DNA of 64,000 bases from Eledone cirrhosa (Eukaryota). A model generated the notes under the pieces. The model saw only the letters and a program-made list of their open reading frames with translations. It was not told the origin of the DNA and did no database searches. Location of the stretch: NCBI GenBank assembly GCA_964016885.1, contig OZ024741.1, positions 261,764,001-261,828,000 of the forward strand, read 5' to 3'. Position numbers and translations under genes: made by a program. Shown here piece by piece: positions 40,618 through 54,156 of the stretch (positions are counted from its first letter, which is position 1; each line of letters starts with the position of its first letter).

Positions 40618-41510
40618 CGTATCTCTAAACAACAATCTAAGAAAATGTAATTGCAGAAATAAAATATCTTGCCCTTTACAGAATAATTGCCTAGATACAA
40701 ATGCACCATAAAAACTAGAAATATATTATATAATTATATAGGAGCTACTTCTACAAAATTTAAGGACCGTTGATAATAATCATAAACATACTTTCAAACG
40801 AACGGACAAAAAATTCTCAACTTCACTCTCACATTTAATTTGGTCTTTAAAAGACAATAATACTGACTATTCGATCTCTTGGTGAAGGATATCGAAAGCG
40901 CCTGTTTACCAGACTATGGCTCTCTCAAGAATATTTCATCTTTGTATTGAAGAAATCTTTTATAATTATCAATTCGAGTAATACTATAAACAAACTATAA
41001 ACAAACAATAAACAAACAAAAAAAGAAATATTTAATTCTTGTTTGCATCGATTTTCTAGAACATTAAAAAATATTCATAATTTATAGAAAATACTGCACA
41101 TGGCCTTTATAAGTTGCCTAGTTGCTTTAAAAGGTGTTTTTAAAGGTTTTATAAAAGTTTTTATAAGTTTTTAAATTTATACATACAAATACTTAATATA
41201 TCAAATTTATTGTTATCAAAATCTATACATAGAAAGTTTTATCTTTTTATTAATATCTATATGGTGCTCTGAAATCATATATAATTTTTTATTTATATTG
41301 TAATTATAATATAAATTGTAATTAATTATTAGGTTAAACATTAGATCAAACTATATATTAGATCAAACTATTTCTGTGCCTTTCCTTTCTTCTATCCTAC
41401 GCCATTTTGAAAATGGCGTAGGATAGAAGAAAGGAAAGGCACAGAAACGAAGAAAGAAATCCCCAGTCACTGAAGAGGTCACAGAGTGTGTGACGAAAGA
41501 ACTATGACTA
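40095..41510 (+). mobile_element. Penelope-like element (GIY-YIG, poly-Asn insert) with 3' hammerhead
   Basis: KCNCRNKISCPLQNNCL, YYIGATSTKFKDR; related to the 63.1-64 kb copy. Confidence 0.75.
41465..41509 (+). ncRNA. Type I hammerhead ribozyme downstream of a Penelope-like element
   Basis: AGTCA-CTGAAGA-G-GTCACA(gagtg)TGTGAC-GAAA-GAAC-TA-TGACT. 5-bp stem I, 6-bp stem II, one extra nucleotide after A9. Confidence 0.78.
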
Positions 41511-41722
41511 TATATATATAAACAACTATCTGGTTGTGGAACCAACCAACCAACCAGAAATTTATAAATTTGTAAATTTATAAATATATATTAAATTAAA
41601 TTGAAGTGAAAGCAACTGGTGCGTGTGTTTCTTATTGGCAACATGACCCTCCCAAAGTATAACAATATCGGTTTCAACACACGATTTCAGATAAAGAATC
41701 TTGCTAAACAAATTCAGAAACG

Positions 41723-41902
<180 letters not shown>

Positions 41903-41917
41903 ACTTGTATATGTATG

Positions 41918-41976
<59 letters not shown>

Positions 41977-41979
<3 letters not shown>

Positions 41980-42423
41980 TACGTATACGTACATACATAT
42001 ATGTATACAGACGTACAGTAGTATGTATATATATATACATACATGCACACATATATATATGTACGTATGGATTCACCGAATATTTATTATAATGCTCGGT
42101 GTGTTTGTAAACAAACATCCCGAATTAAGCCGTACAGTGTCTAGCAAGCATCGTTGTTCATTTGTTCAGCACTGACAAAGGATAGCTAATAAGCTTGAAA
42201 CTAGTACAGCGTTCCTTTGTCAGTGTTGAACAAATGAGCAACGATGGTTGCTAGACACTGTACGGCTTAATTCGGGTTGTTTTATTTACAAACACACCGA
42301 GCATTATAATAAATGTTCGGTGAATCCATACGTACATATATATGTGTGCATGCATGTATATATATATATATATACATACTACTGTACGTCTGTATACATA
42401 TATGTATGTACGTATACATACTT
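41977..42423. repeat. Fold-back element, copy 2
   Basis: Near-identical to 37419-37866, including the downstream tail. Confidence 0.88.
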
Positions 42424-42693
42424 ATATTTAAGTAACAGCCGTACTAAGAGTGGGAAATGAAATTTCGTTTCATTTTTTCCGTTTATATATATATATAAAG
42501 CATCAGTCATACAAAAGTGAGTTACAAACGAAACGAAATTTAATTTCGTTTCGTTATTTGTTTTTGTCGTCTCCGTTGAACCGGTACGTACTCACGCTCT
42601 ATGCAAATTAGTCTGCCCACTACTAATTTTCATAGAAAAAGCATATAACGATATGTGCTTTTACGATTCTCTAGAAAGGCCGGAAGATAGGTA

Positions 42694-42738
42694 AATATTG
42701 CTGATGAGTTGTAACAACAACGAAACTAGTTCAATATT
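42694..42738 (+). ncRNA. Type I hammerhead ribozyme (copy 1 of tandem unit)
   Basis: AATATTG-CTGATGA-GTTGT(aaca)ACAAC-GAAA-CTAG-TT-CAATATT. 7-bp stem I, intact core, 5-bp stem II with G-C closing pair, palindromic stem III ACTAGT. Predicted GUU cleavage after 42731. Confidence 0.88.
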
Positions 42739-43159
42739 CCTTGTCTGGCTTTCTGGAGAATAGAGGAAAGGTGTTTCCTCAAAAACCAGTATGACTCTAA
42801 AAACCGGTTTGTCTGTGTGTTTGCATACAGAATAGCTGGACACTCACAGTAAAGTGACCAGTGAAAAACTCAGTACATCTACATATGTATACGTGTGTGT
42901 ATTCATATGCATACTAGTATTTCAGTATACATATGTGGATGTACATTTTTAACTTAATTGTTTAAGCGTCAGTCATACAAAAGTGAGTTACAAACGAAAC
43001 GAAATTTAATTTCGTTTCGTTATTTGTTTTTATCGTCTCCGTTGAACCGGTACGTACTCACGCTCTATGCAAATTAGTCTGCCCACTACTAATTTTCATA
43101 GAAAAAGCATATAACGATATGTGCTTTTACGATTCTCTAGAAAGGCCGGAAGATAGGTA

Positions 43160-43204
43160 AATATTGCTGATGAGTTGTAACAACAACGAAACTAGTTCAA
43201 TATT
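43160..43204 (+). ncRNA. Type I hammerhead ribozyme (copy 2 of tandem unit)
   Basis: Identical to 42694-42738, exactly 466 bp downstream. Confidence 0.88.
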
Positions 43205-43459
43205 CCTTGTCTGGCTTTCTGGAGAATAGAGGAAAGGTGTTTCCTCAAAAACCAGTATGACTCTAAAAACCGGTTTGTCTGTGTGTTTGCATACAGAATA
43301 GCTGGACACTCACAGTAAAGTGACCAGTGAAAAACTCAGTACATCTACATATGTATACGTGTGTGTATTCATATGCATACTAGTATTTCAGTATACATAT
43401 GTGGATGTACATTTTTAACTTAATTGTTTAAGCGTCAGTCATACAAAAGTGAGTTACTC

Positions 43460-43930
43460 TCTGTCTTGCCTGTTCCCCCTACATGCCGCCCTCAATGACA
43501 TATTGAGAAGAAGTCCTATCTTTCCATTTCAACTGCAGTCAGCAGGCTTAGACCGCAGAGATGGTAAATGCCTCAGCAGTATCACCCTCTTCCCATTCGA
43601 AGGAGGTAGATCCTTCATGTGGGGCGCCCGATGCTGTTACACGCTCTCCTCCTCCAACTTAGTTGCTTTGGCCACAAAACATGGTATTGCTACCCGCCTT
43701 GCCGAAGAACGTAAAATAAACAAATACTGGGGTTTGTCCGGCTCTTCCTCTTCCCACCGAACGCTGTCAAGATCTCAGGCGAACGTGGATCCCGCACTGC
43801 CGAGCTCCTCCGCATGATCGGAACGTTGGTGGCCCGTCTGAGGCTGGCTACCCCATGAGGTTGGTTGGCTGTTGCAGCGAGTGTCACTCGCCATGCTTTT
43901 GCTGTATTATCCATTGGGCACAACATTTCT
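43460..43930 (+). mobile_element. CRE-clade-like non-LTR restriction-like endonuclease fragment
   Basis: HAALNDILRRS...GLDRRDGK...ITLFPFEGGRSFMW. Confidence 0.6.
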
Positions 43931-44118
43931 ATCCCCTTGACCTAGGCCCAAAGACCATTCGCCCAACCCCTTCACCCCTCTCCTCTCTTCTGCAACAGCA
44001 GAACTCTTTCCCTCCCCTTCTGTCCTTTTTCTTATTTCTATTTTACTTTTTTCTCTATATTTCCCTATTCTTACTTTCCCTTTATTTATTTCTTTTATTA
44101 TTTTATTAGGTTTGTGGT

Positions 44119-44296
44119 TTGGCAGTATCGGTAGAGGGTCGGACGCCATGCTTTCCAGCATAGTTACGTCCCTTTACGATCTGAGTTCAAATCCTGCCGA
44201 GGTTGAATTTGCCTTTCATCCTTAAGGGGTTGATAAAATAAAGTACCAGTAATGCACTGGTAATTGCTGGCCTTGTGCCTAAAGTAGAAACAATTA
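44119..44296 (+). mobile_element. tRNA-SINE
   Basis: Full-length copy of the same family. Confidence 0.85.
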
Positions 44297-44331
44297 TTTT
44301 ATTATGTTTGTCACTATTATTATTGTTATTG

Positions 44332-45538
44332 TTCTTTGAGTCTCAGTCATTGATATTAGTTAACTGGAAAGTTTGTTGAAATGAATATCAAGCCACTACC
44401 TGCAGCCTCAGATATTCAGGACGTATCGGAGGGTTCTTTCTGTTCCCAGCAAGCATGCCTTTTGAAGCGTTCCAAAAAGCGTGAAGGGGCCAATTTTCTT
44501 TAACCTCCCTGGAAACTCTTTGAGATAGTACCTAGTGCGCCTATGACAATCGGGACCACTTTAAGTCCTGGTATCGGTTAATTTTCTCCCTCTCCTTCTC
44601 TTGCACTCTCGTGTCGAATGGGCAGGCCACATCCACAAACAGGCACGATCGTTTTTCTTTGTCCAAAACCACCAGGTCAGGTCTATTGTGTTCCAGTTTC
44701 TTGACCGTCTGTATCCTAAAATCCCACAGCAACTTCACCTGATAGTTTTCTATCACCGACTCTGGCTTATGCTCATACCACTTCTCAGAATGTGGTAAAT
44801 TGTTTACTTTGCATAGGTGCCAGTGGACCACCCTTCCCATCACATCATGTCTCCAGCCCTTATAGTGAGTCTGGGCTAGGTGTTTACACTCGGATACAAT
44901 GTGAGCCACAGTCTCCTCTCTCTCTCTACAGATCCTGCACAGTGAGCTAGCCACCTCCTTGTAAATATGGTGTTTCAACCACTTCGTTTTGAGGGCCTGC
45001 TCTTGCGCAGCCATTAACATTCCTTCTGTAGGCTTTTTAAGGTCTTCTCTTTTCAACCAGTTTTCATGTCTGTGAATCTCTGAATTCAGTTTTCTCAAAG
45101 AAGGTACTATGAAGGGATTTTTCATGAAGGCTGCTCTTTCTCCTTGTTGTTATTTTCTTCTTGGACATCCCTTGGTCTATTGCCCTCTCCTTCAGTACAG
45201 TTCTGAGCATTGGATCCTTACTATCAGTCACGTATTTGTGTAGGTTGTTTTTCTCCATCTGAACACAGTCCTCTATGCTGATAAGACCTCTTCCACCCTC
45301 AGATCTCCTTAAGTAGAGTCTATCGACATCACTCCTCTTGTGGAACATGTTGTAGATAGTCAATAGCTTCCTAGTCTTCCTATCCATTTCTTTTTGTTCA
45401 GCAAAATTCCATCTCAGAATTCCCGCACTGTACCTAATAATAGACACAGCTCGAGAATTTACTGCACTTATGGCATTCCTACTGTTCAGATGTGACTTTA
45501 ATACGCTCCTTACTCTCCGAATGTATTCAGATCTTATC
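44332..45538 (-). mobile_element. R4/Dong-clade non-LTR retrotransposon, 5'-truncated
   Basis: CCHC finger CRIC...HIVSEC, RHD, and RPDLVV...D RLE motif; (TAA)n flanks. Confidence 0.85.
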
Positions 45539-45539
45539 A

Positions 45540-45582
<43 letters not shown>

Positions 45583-45583
<1 letters not shown>

Positions 45584-48500
45584 AGTTGCATTTATCTTGC
45601 TTTATGTTCATACGAGTTATCACCAAGTCACAACCAGTGACCTCAAGAGACAACAAGGTCCGCCATGTTCAAGAAAGAACATACATACTCACACATGCAT
45701 CTTTAGTGTTTAGACTTGTGATGTACTTATATTGACAGAATCTTCCTTAGTATATGAGCAGTTCCCATTAGTACTATCTTTTGTATTTCTCCTATACGCG
45801 GGTTTCCTGGGATTTGCGATAAGTGATCATTAGACCCCTTATGTATCATTCCCAGAGCGCCTACAACCACTGGTATTGTTTTAGTTCTCAATTTCCACAT
45901 TTTTCCAATTTCTATCTCCAGGTCCTTATACTTGCTCAATTTTTCAAATGTTTTTATAGATACATTCTTGTCTATTGGAACAGACATATCAATTAGCAGG
46001 CATACCCTCTTTTTAAAGTCCTTCAATATTATATCAGGTCTATTTGCATCTATTTTTCGGTCTGTTTGGATGCTAAAGTTCCACAAGATTGAGATGGGAG
46101 GTGGTTGATGCTCCCACCAATTCTTTTGATGGGGCAGGTCAAAATGCTTACACATTATCCAATGTATGTATTGTGCAGCTCTGTCATGCCTGTTTAGGTA
46201 TTCGGTTGGAGCTATAGGACTGCACATTGAAATTATATGGTCAATGGTCTCTGGTTGTTTTTTGCATACACGGCATAATGGGCTGCATCCATTTTTTATT
46301 ATGTTGGCTTGGTAATTTTTTGTTGGCAGACACTGATCTTGTGCTGATATAATCAGTCCTTCAGTCTCCGATTTCAGTCCAGAGAATGCCAACCACTGAT
46401 GGGTTAAAGTTTTGTCAACATCAGGATTGTTAGCTCGCTCTGGGTATTTTCCATACAGAGGCTTTTCTTGCCATTTCTTAGCCAGTTTCTGTAGCAGTTC
46501 TTTCTTTGCAGTTACTTTTACCTGCTTTGCTTTTTCTGTGTTTTCCATTTCAACAGTAAATGGGACTTCTGAAATTTGTAGTCCATTACTGTATCTTTGT
46601 GCATCTTTTGTAATGGAATATGATCTTTTGATGCTTTCGTGTTTCAAAACGAGTTTGATCATCCAATCATGTGATTCCCTTAGATATGTAGATAATCCAA
46701 TTATTGCAGTTTTCAATGTATCGAGCCTACGGATCTCTGTGCTTGACCAGTTGATGACATTGTAACTGTAGGTTACTACTGGTATGGCAAGCGTGTTTAT
46801 GGCATCGATCCTATTCCTTGCATTCAATTCCGTTCTTAAGATTGCCCTTACTCTGCGGTAACATTCCTTCCTTATCCTTTCCCTCATTGTCGAGTGCTTG
46901 ATTCCGTCTCCTTCACAAACACCTAGATATTTGTAAGTTTTTTCTTGATTAAGTTCTCTTATCACGTTCCCCCGATCAAGATTAATGTCTGAACTCTTCA
47001 GCAGCCTGCCTCTGGTGAACGTTGCTTTGGCGAATTTATCTAGTCCAAACTCCATTTTAATGCCATCACTGAACTGCTCCACAGTGGATAATAGCCCTTG
47101 CAATTGTTCATCATTTTTTGCAAATAGTTTCAGGTCATCCATGTAGAACAAGTGATTAATGGTTTTGTCATAGACTTTATATCCATGTTTTGTTTCATTG
47201 AGCATTTTACTTAATGGTATAAGTGCGATGCAGAATAAAAGCGGTGATAAAGAGTCACCCTGAAAAATTCCACAATTAATATTAACTTCTCCAGCTTCCA
47301 GTGATTTTGTTTCACTATTCAAAAGGAGTGTCATTTTCCATGTCTTCATACTGAATGACAAAAACCTCCTGACAACGGGGGATATTTTGAAAATCTCTAA
47401 ACATTTTTCAATCCAACTGTGTGGCAAACTATCGAATACTTTTTTATAATCTATCCAAGCAATCGATAGATTTTTGTGTCTATTATGACAATCTTCCAGT
47501 ATCATTTTGTTAACCTGAAGCTGATCCTTACAGCCATATGAGCCTCGTTTACACCCTTTCTGCTCAATGGGAAATAGGTCATTTGTTATCAGGTGGTCAT
47601 ATGTGTATTCAGTTAGGACTGATGTTAAAATTTTATACATTGTGGTCAAGCAAGTTATCGGTCTGTAACTTTTGGGATTGTTTGTCTCATCATTCTTCGG
47701 AAGCAGGAATGTAATACCGTTAACTAGCCATGATGGTATTTTTTCTGGCTCCTTAACTATTTCATTGTAAAGTTGGGCTAACAGCTCATGAGACTCTGTG
47801 AAGGCATTTATCCAAAAGTTTTGTATTTTGTCTTTTCCTGGGGATTTCCATTTGCTGGTTTTTCTTAGAGCCAAGCGCAACTGTTCAACTGTTATATTTT
47901 CCCATATTTGTTCCTCAAGGTGAGCTGTATCTTTCATTTGTCTGTCTATCCATGGGGCATGTATGTTATGAACTTTTTCTTCGGCCCAGATCTTTTACCA
48001 GAATTCTTGCACTTCCTCCTTGGGTGGTATTGATTTAGCAGTTATTGTTGACTTACTAATTTTTCTGTAGAAGTTTCTTTGGTTGTTTTTGAACATATTA
48101 TTGTCCTTATAGAATCTAGATCGTTTTTCAAAGCGCCTTATACGAGCAGCTTTGGCCGACACTTTTTGCTTGATTATTTCTATCAGCATGTCTATGTCAC
48201 TTGTTGATTTTATACTGTACTTTTTTTTCAATTTTCTAAGTTTAGTATGTTTAACATGTTCACCTACTTTATAGTTTGTTAAAATTTCTATACCAGATCG
48301 GTGAAGGTTTATTTGGCGATTGATGTTCTCTTGCCAAGTAGATTTCTTGTGGAAATTCCTTTGTTTTTTCATCTTCACTCCACATAAGTGAGTGGTGACT
48401 TTAGCCGATGCATAATAGAGATGATTTAAATCAGTAATGTTTAGTTTGTTTGTGATGATAATGTTTTTGAGAATTATGTTAGTCTTGTGTATTATCTTCT

Positions 48501-48850
48501 GGTTCTGTTTGGAGTTCTGGATCTTAGGGAGGGTGTCTCGTTGCCCATGTCAGATTCTTTCATTTTCCTCCATTCGATCATAATTTCATCCTTCAAGTTG
48601 GCAAGTTCATTCTCATTCATTTCTTTATCATTTACGATCGCATTATTTTCATTTGGAGTTTCATCTTGAGCATGCACTCCCTCCACTTTTTCGATCCTTT
48701 CTTTAATTTGTTCTGTTGCCAGTGATTCCGCCCCAACCCTGGGATTCAAAGTGTTACAATTTACCTCGTTTTCGCTGACACTTGTTTCATTTTCCCTTCG
48801 CTGACTTTGTGCTAATAGCTTGATCTGATCAATTTCTATATCAGTTAGTA
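45583..48850 (-). mobile_element. R4/Dong-clade non-LTR retrotransposon (second family; RT + RLE, 736-aa ORF)
   Basis: YRPITCL, GIFQGDSLSPLLF, YMDD, CCHC and RPD..D..K motifs; its 3' end abuts (TAA)n. Confidence 0.9.
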
Positions 48851-50015
48851 TGAGATTTTATCATTAGACATTTACTTTATTTTGACGCGTTTTATCCTTA
48901 TCCGCCAAGGGGTAATCATTTCGTGTTACCACTTCTAGAACGAGTGTCAACCAAGACTAGAGGGGTCGTTCTCCCCTAGAGACACGGCTATTCCCCGCCG
49001 GCCGCCATCCCGGTATTTCTTGGTCACGGGGTTTTCTTTTTGTTGTTTTTTTAAATTGTTATTATCATGAGTGGTTCCTTAATGTGAGCATTGCGTGGCT
49101 TAAGAATGAAATTATTAATAATTGTCTCCACTCCAGGCACAAGGCCAGCAATCACCCAGTGCATTACAATAATATAATATACTTTTTGCTGAAGTTGCCT
49201 GTTATTGTTGTTGGCTATGTCGGTGGTGGTGATGGGGCTTTTTATATTGTTGGTGAGGAAGGGGTGAGCCAGCAGTGCCATAGTTGTTGATGTTGACGTT
49301 TGGCCGGTGGCCAGGTCACTAAGTCAATCTATTTATATCTTTTGCGAGCCTCTCCCTTGTCTAGTGATACCGCCACCTTCCCCTTTCTCTCTCAAGTTAA
49401 CAGGGGAATAGTGGTGGTAGCAATGAAGGAGTGGTGGCGGCGGTGATGGGATAGTGGTAGCAATGATGGATGGAATGGTGGCGGCGGTGGCGTTGTCGTT
49501 ACTGAGTTTTGTGATATGTAGTATCTATGAGTTTGTCGCGTATGTTTAATATATATTGTGTTGACATATTCCCGTAAAATTGGAATTAAACATTTTGTTA
49601 AAACTTGAGACAATAATAATAGTAATTATTATTGTGATGCTGGGATTGGTGGTGGTGGTGGTGAAATTGCCGTTATCTGGCTGTTATATTTAGTGTGATG
49701 GTGTAGGTGGTGTATCAAGTTTCTGGTGTTGGTGAAATTGCTGTTATTTGGCTGTTCTATATAGTGTAGACAGAGGGTGTTTTCTTCCATTTATAAACAT
49801 TTCCTTTTTTGAATACAAAATATATAATACAAAATTGAATATTTGAGCGATATAACAATATAATATGGATCCGAAATTTTATGGGACTTGATTCGGTGGT
49901 TTATGCAACATTTGTACTAAGAATTGTTATTTCACAATTGATTTAAATATGTTAAAAATCAAAAACTTACGGGAGCGATTTCATGACATTCTACCACCTC
50001 GTGCGTCTTCTTCCC

Positions 50016-50074
<59 letters not shown>

Positions 50075-50075
50075 T

Positions 50076-52633
50076 CGGACGCAGATATGTGAAGACGTAC
50101 AAGTCTGCGGGGGAAAAGGTTCGTAACTTTAAGCTGTTTTAAAGTATCATTTTTTGTATTTTCTTGTCGTTAACGAAACATAAGGTACCCACCTTGGTTT
50201 CAAGGAAGGGAGACCTCTTAATATTTGAGCTTTAAGCCCGAATATTCAGATTTATTTTTAAAAACTTCGAAAAAAAATCGCTTCCCCATCAAAAAAAATA
50301 TGGAAATTTTCGACCTTGAAACGGTAAAAAACGTTCAGGTCAAAAGTTCAAAAGTAGCCACTGTAGATCTCACCACAACTACAACTACTACAGACATATC
50401 TGTCGACCATTCAACTGAATGTGTAGGCAAAACACAAAAGCTACCTTCTGTGTTACGACCAGTATCATCTCAAAACGACATGACCACCACCACCACCACA
50501 ACAACAACAACAACAACTCAGAACAGCAACGACAATAGCCCCGACAGCTTCAATGTAAGCACGGATGGCGGTGGCAACAGCCACAACAAACAAAACAACA
50601 ACAACAACAACAACAACAGCAAGAACGACAACACCAACAACAAGAGCAACAGATGCACCACCTTTGCTGCAGCAGCAGCAAAAATAAAGCGCTTATTGAA
50701 TATTGATATTAGCGATAAAGACGAACAGTTGGCCCAGGCGTGGAGGTTAATTAAACGGGAGAAGTCCTGGGCAAACCTGACCATCCCGGACGGGGCAATA
50801 GAGGCCATGCAAAGGAGGACGGTGTACTTTCGATGAATTTCAGTGAGACACGCAGTGGAACTCTCCAGCCAAGCAGAGGTCGAGGCTGCTTTGGAGTGCA
50901 TCGGAAGTGACATAAAGCAAAAGTATAAAGCAAGGGCCAAACAGTTCGGTACCATCTCGGTACTGTTCAAAACCGAGGCCCTTGCTATCAAACACTCGGT
51001 GACCCCCTGCAGAACGGAACGTATTATCATGCACCCGTCCTACATGGGAAAAAGGACAGTAAAAGTGCGCATCCCCAGGAATGAACATATGGTGGCTCCT
51101 GGGATACGTAATCGAGGAGGGGACAGACACTACCCTCCTGGATATCAAAAGGACAGAGAGAGAAGACTGGTCCGGAATGGATTTGGAGATTCTTCTCCAA
51201 ATGAAACCAGAGGACATGAACAACATCCCTGCAGGACGGGACAACAATCCAACTAATCACTGACGTAAGAAGGCCGCACTGCTTCGTCTGCGGGGAAACA
51301 ACGCATCTGCAAGCCTTCGGCCCTCAGCGCACCTATTCAGATCACAAATTTGTGATCTATATGGTCGAACTAGATAAAACTCGTAGGTTGGGAGTGGGTT
51401 ACTGGAAGCTGAACATGTCATTTTCGGCACGTAAGGCTTACAAGGACCGAGTCAACAATTTAGTTAAGCAAAGGTTGACAGGGGGGATCATCAACAACAG
51501 ATGGTGGGAGGCTCTCAAAAGAGAGATTAGAGTAACTTCGATAGAGTTCAGCATAGAACTAGCGTTAGAGAAAAATAGAAAGGAGGGGGAGCAGGTAGAT
51601 AGGTTAGACGAGGCTATTTGTAGTGGAATTGCAACTGACGTGCTAGCGGCGAGAATAGCATTAGACCATTTCTTCAATGCGAAACACGAAGGTTGCATTG
51701 TCTGAGCTAAGGCGCATGCGCTGAGAAACGAGGGAACCAAAGCTGTTCGATGGGCCCGCGTGACGGAGGCGCAGCGTGGTAATAAAACAACAATTCGGTC
51801 TTTGGCGGACTGAGACGGACACGAGATAAACGATTCCATGCGGATGTGTGAGGCCTTTCGCCAGCACTTTGCTCGGTTGTTCGGGGAGAGTCGCGACTTA
51901 GAGAGACTAGCGGACTTCAGTCCCTATATTGACGGCTTGCCGCGCATCTCGACGGTCGACGCTGAGCGCTGCGAAGGCGTTGAGCGCTGCGAAAGGCCGA
52001 TTACTTCAGCCGAAATTCAGGACGTCCTTGTCGGCTGCATGAGGCGCAAGTGACACGGTTTGGATGGCCTTCCCTACGAGCTTTACGTAAATATGCTAGA
52101 CTTGTACTCCGATCTCCTCGAAGCACTCTACTGCAACTGGCAGCAGAATGGGAGTATTCCCAGTTCTGTGAGCAGAGGAGTGGTGACACTGATAAGGAAA
52201 GACGAGAACAAGAGGGATACACTAGACAACTTCAGGCCCATAACTCTGCTCAACACAGAGTTTAAGATTTTGGCCCAGGTGTTAGATTTTCTAAAAGGTG
52301 GATGAATGTGGCGAGAATGGCTCGTGTGACTGGGCCTACTCTGACCATGCGCCTATAGGCTAGCTAACTTTAGGAGAGGGTTGCTGTCCCTGGGTGCCCT
52401 AGAAGCGCAGGGTGGTTCAGGATTGGTGGGGTACCCAAGTCACCACAGGGTCGTCCACCCCCTATCGGGGAATTTATTTTGTTATATTTATGCACAGTTT
52501 ATTTTATATTTTTATATCTTCATTGTTAAATTAATCTTGCCATTGTGCACTTTTACTCGACCTATTGTAAACCCCCACTGACCCTGTTTTGTATTGTCCC
52601 CTACATGTCGGCCCTTGTGGCTAATAAATGAAA

Positions 52634-52635
<2 letters not shown>
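50076..52635 (+). mobile_element. Tx1-clade LINE, internally deleted
   Basis: ORF1 with zinc knuckle (CFVCGETTH), GYWKLN, DGLPYELY and NFRPITLLNTEFKILA; AATAAA then (ATT)n; (ATT)n also at the 5' end. Confidence 0.8.
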
Positions 52636-52692
<57 letters not shown>

Positions 52693-52693
52693 G

Positions 52694-54110
52694 TTCTTTG
52701 AGTCTCAGTCATTGATGTTATTTACTGGAATGTTTGTTGAAATGAATATCAAGCCACTACCTGCAGCCTCAGATATTCAGGACGTATCGGAGGGTTCTTG
52801 CTGTTCCCAGCAAGCATGCCTTTTGAAATGTTCCAAAAATCGGGGCGGCTCCAATTTTCTTTAACCATCCTTGGAAACTCTTTGAGATAGTACCTAGTGC
52901 GCCTATGACAATCGGGACCACTTTGACTTCATGGCAGTTCCAAATCCTTTTTACCCCCCACTGGTATCGGTTAATTTTCTCCTTCTCCTTCTCTTGCACT
53001 CTTGTGTCGAATGGGCAGGCTACATCCACAATCAGGCACGACCTTTTTTCCTTGTCCAAAACCACCAGATCAGGTCTATTGTGTTTCAGTTTCTTGTCCG
53101 TCTGTATCCTGAAATCCCACAGCATCTTCACCTGATCGTTTTCTATCACTAACTCTGGCTTATGCTCATACCACTTCTCAGAATGTGGTAAATTGTTTAC
53201 TTTGCATAGGTGTCAGTGGATCACCATGCCCATCACATCATGTCTCCAGCCTTTATAGTGAGTCTGGGCTAGGTGTTTACACTCGGATACAATGTGAGCC
53301 ACAGTCTCCTCTCTCTACACACACAATGAGCTAGCCTCCTCATTGTCAATATGGTGTTTCACCCACTTCGTTTTGAGGACCTACTCTTGCGCAACCATTA
53401 GCATTCCTTCTGTAGCCTTTTTAAGGTATCCTCTTTTCAACCAGAACCATGTCTGTGGATCTCTAAATTCAGTTTTCTCAAAGAACGTACTATGAAGGGA
53501 TTTTTCATGAATGTTGCTCTTCCTCCTTGTTGTTATTTCCTCTCTGGACATCCCCTGGTCTAATGTCCTCTCCTTCAGTACAATTCTGAGCATTGGCTCC
53601 CTACTATCAGTCACGTATTTGAGTAGGTTGTTTTTCTCCATCTGAACAAGGTCCTCTATGCTGATAAGACCTCTTCCACCTTCAGATCTCCTTAAGTAGA
53701 ATCTATCGACATCACTCCTCTTGTGGAACATGTCGTAGATAGTCAATAGCTTCCTAGTCTTCCTATCCATTTCTTTTTGTTCAGCAACATTCCATCTCAG
53801 AATTCCCGCACTGTACCTAATAATAGACACAGCTCGGGGATTTACTACACTTATGGCATTCATACTGTTCAGATGTGATTTTAATACGCTCCTCATTTAT
53901 TAATACCAAATTCCATACATATATCATTGTTGAAAATACGGACAGTGTCAACAAGTACATCCAACTCCTTCCCACTCTTCCCGAAGAGCTTAAGATCGTC
54001 CATGAAGAGGAGGTGATTGATGGTAAGCTCTCCTTTTCCCAACTTGTATCCTGCTCTCACTGTTCCTAGTATAATGGTCAGGGGTATCAGGGCAAGGACA
54101 AACAACAGAG
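52694..54110 (-). mobile_element. R4/Dong-clade copy, decayed
   Basis: Same family as the 44332 and 54157 copies, with deletions and stops. Confidence 0.85.
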
Positions 54111-54118
54111 CGTACAAA

Positions 54119-54152
<34 letters not shown>

Positions 54153-54156
54153 GTTA

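Larger units (their letters stand above)
42498..43457 (+). repeat. 466-bp tandem repeat (2 copies + 28 bp), retrozyme-like
   Basis: Units start at 42498, 42964 and 43430. I see only two substitutions among them. One hammerhead per unit and no credible ORF. Confidence 0.9.

Noticed and set aside
42661-43309. Identical 60-aa minus-strand ORFs in the 466-bp units
   Set aside because: Non-ATG start and no motif; the unit is better explained as structured RNA on the + strand.
48890-49035. GC-rich hairpins near the 5' side of the R4/Dong element as an HDV-like ribozyme
   Set aside because: I could not build the nested double pseudoknot by eye; an Infernal or RNArobo search would be needed.
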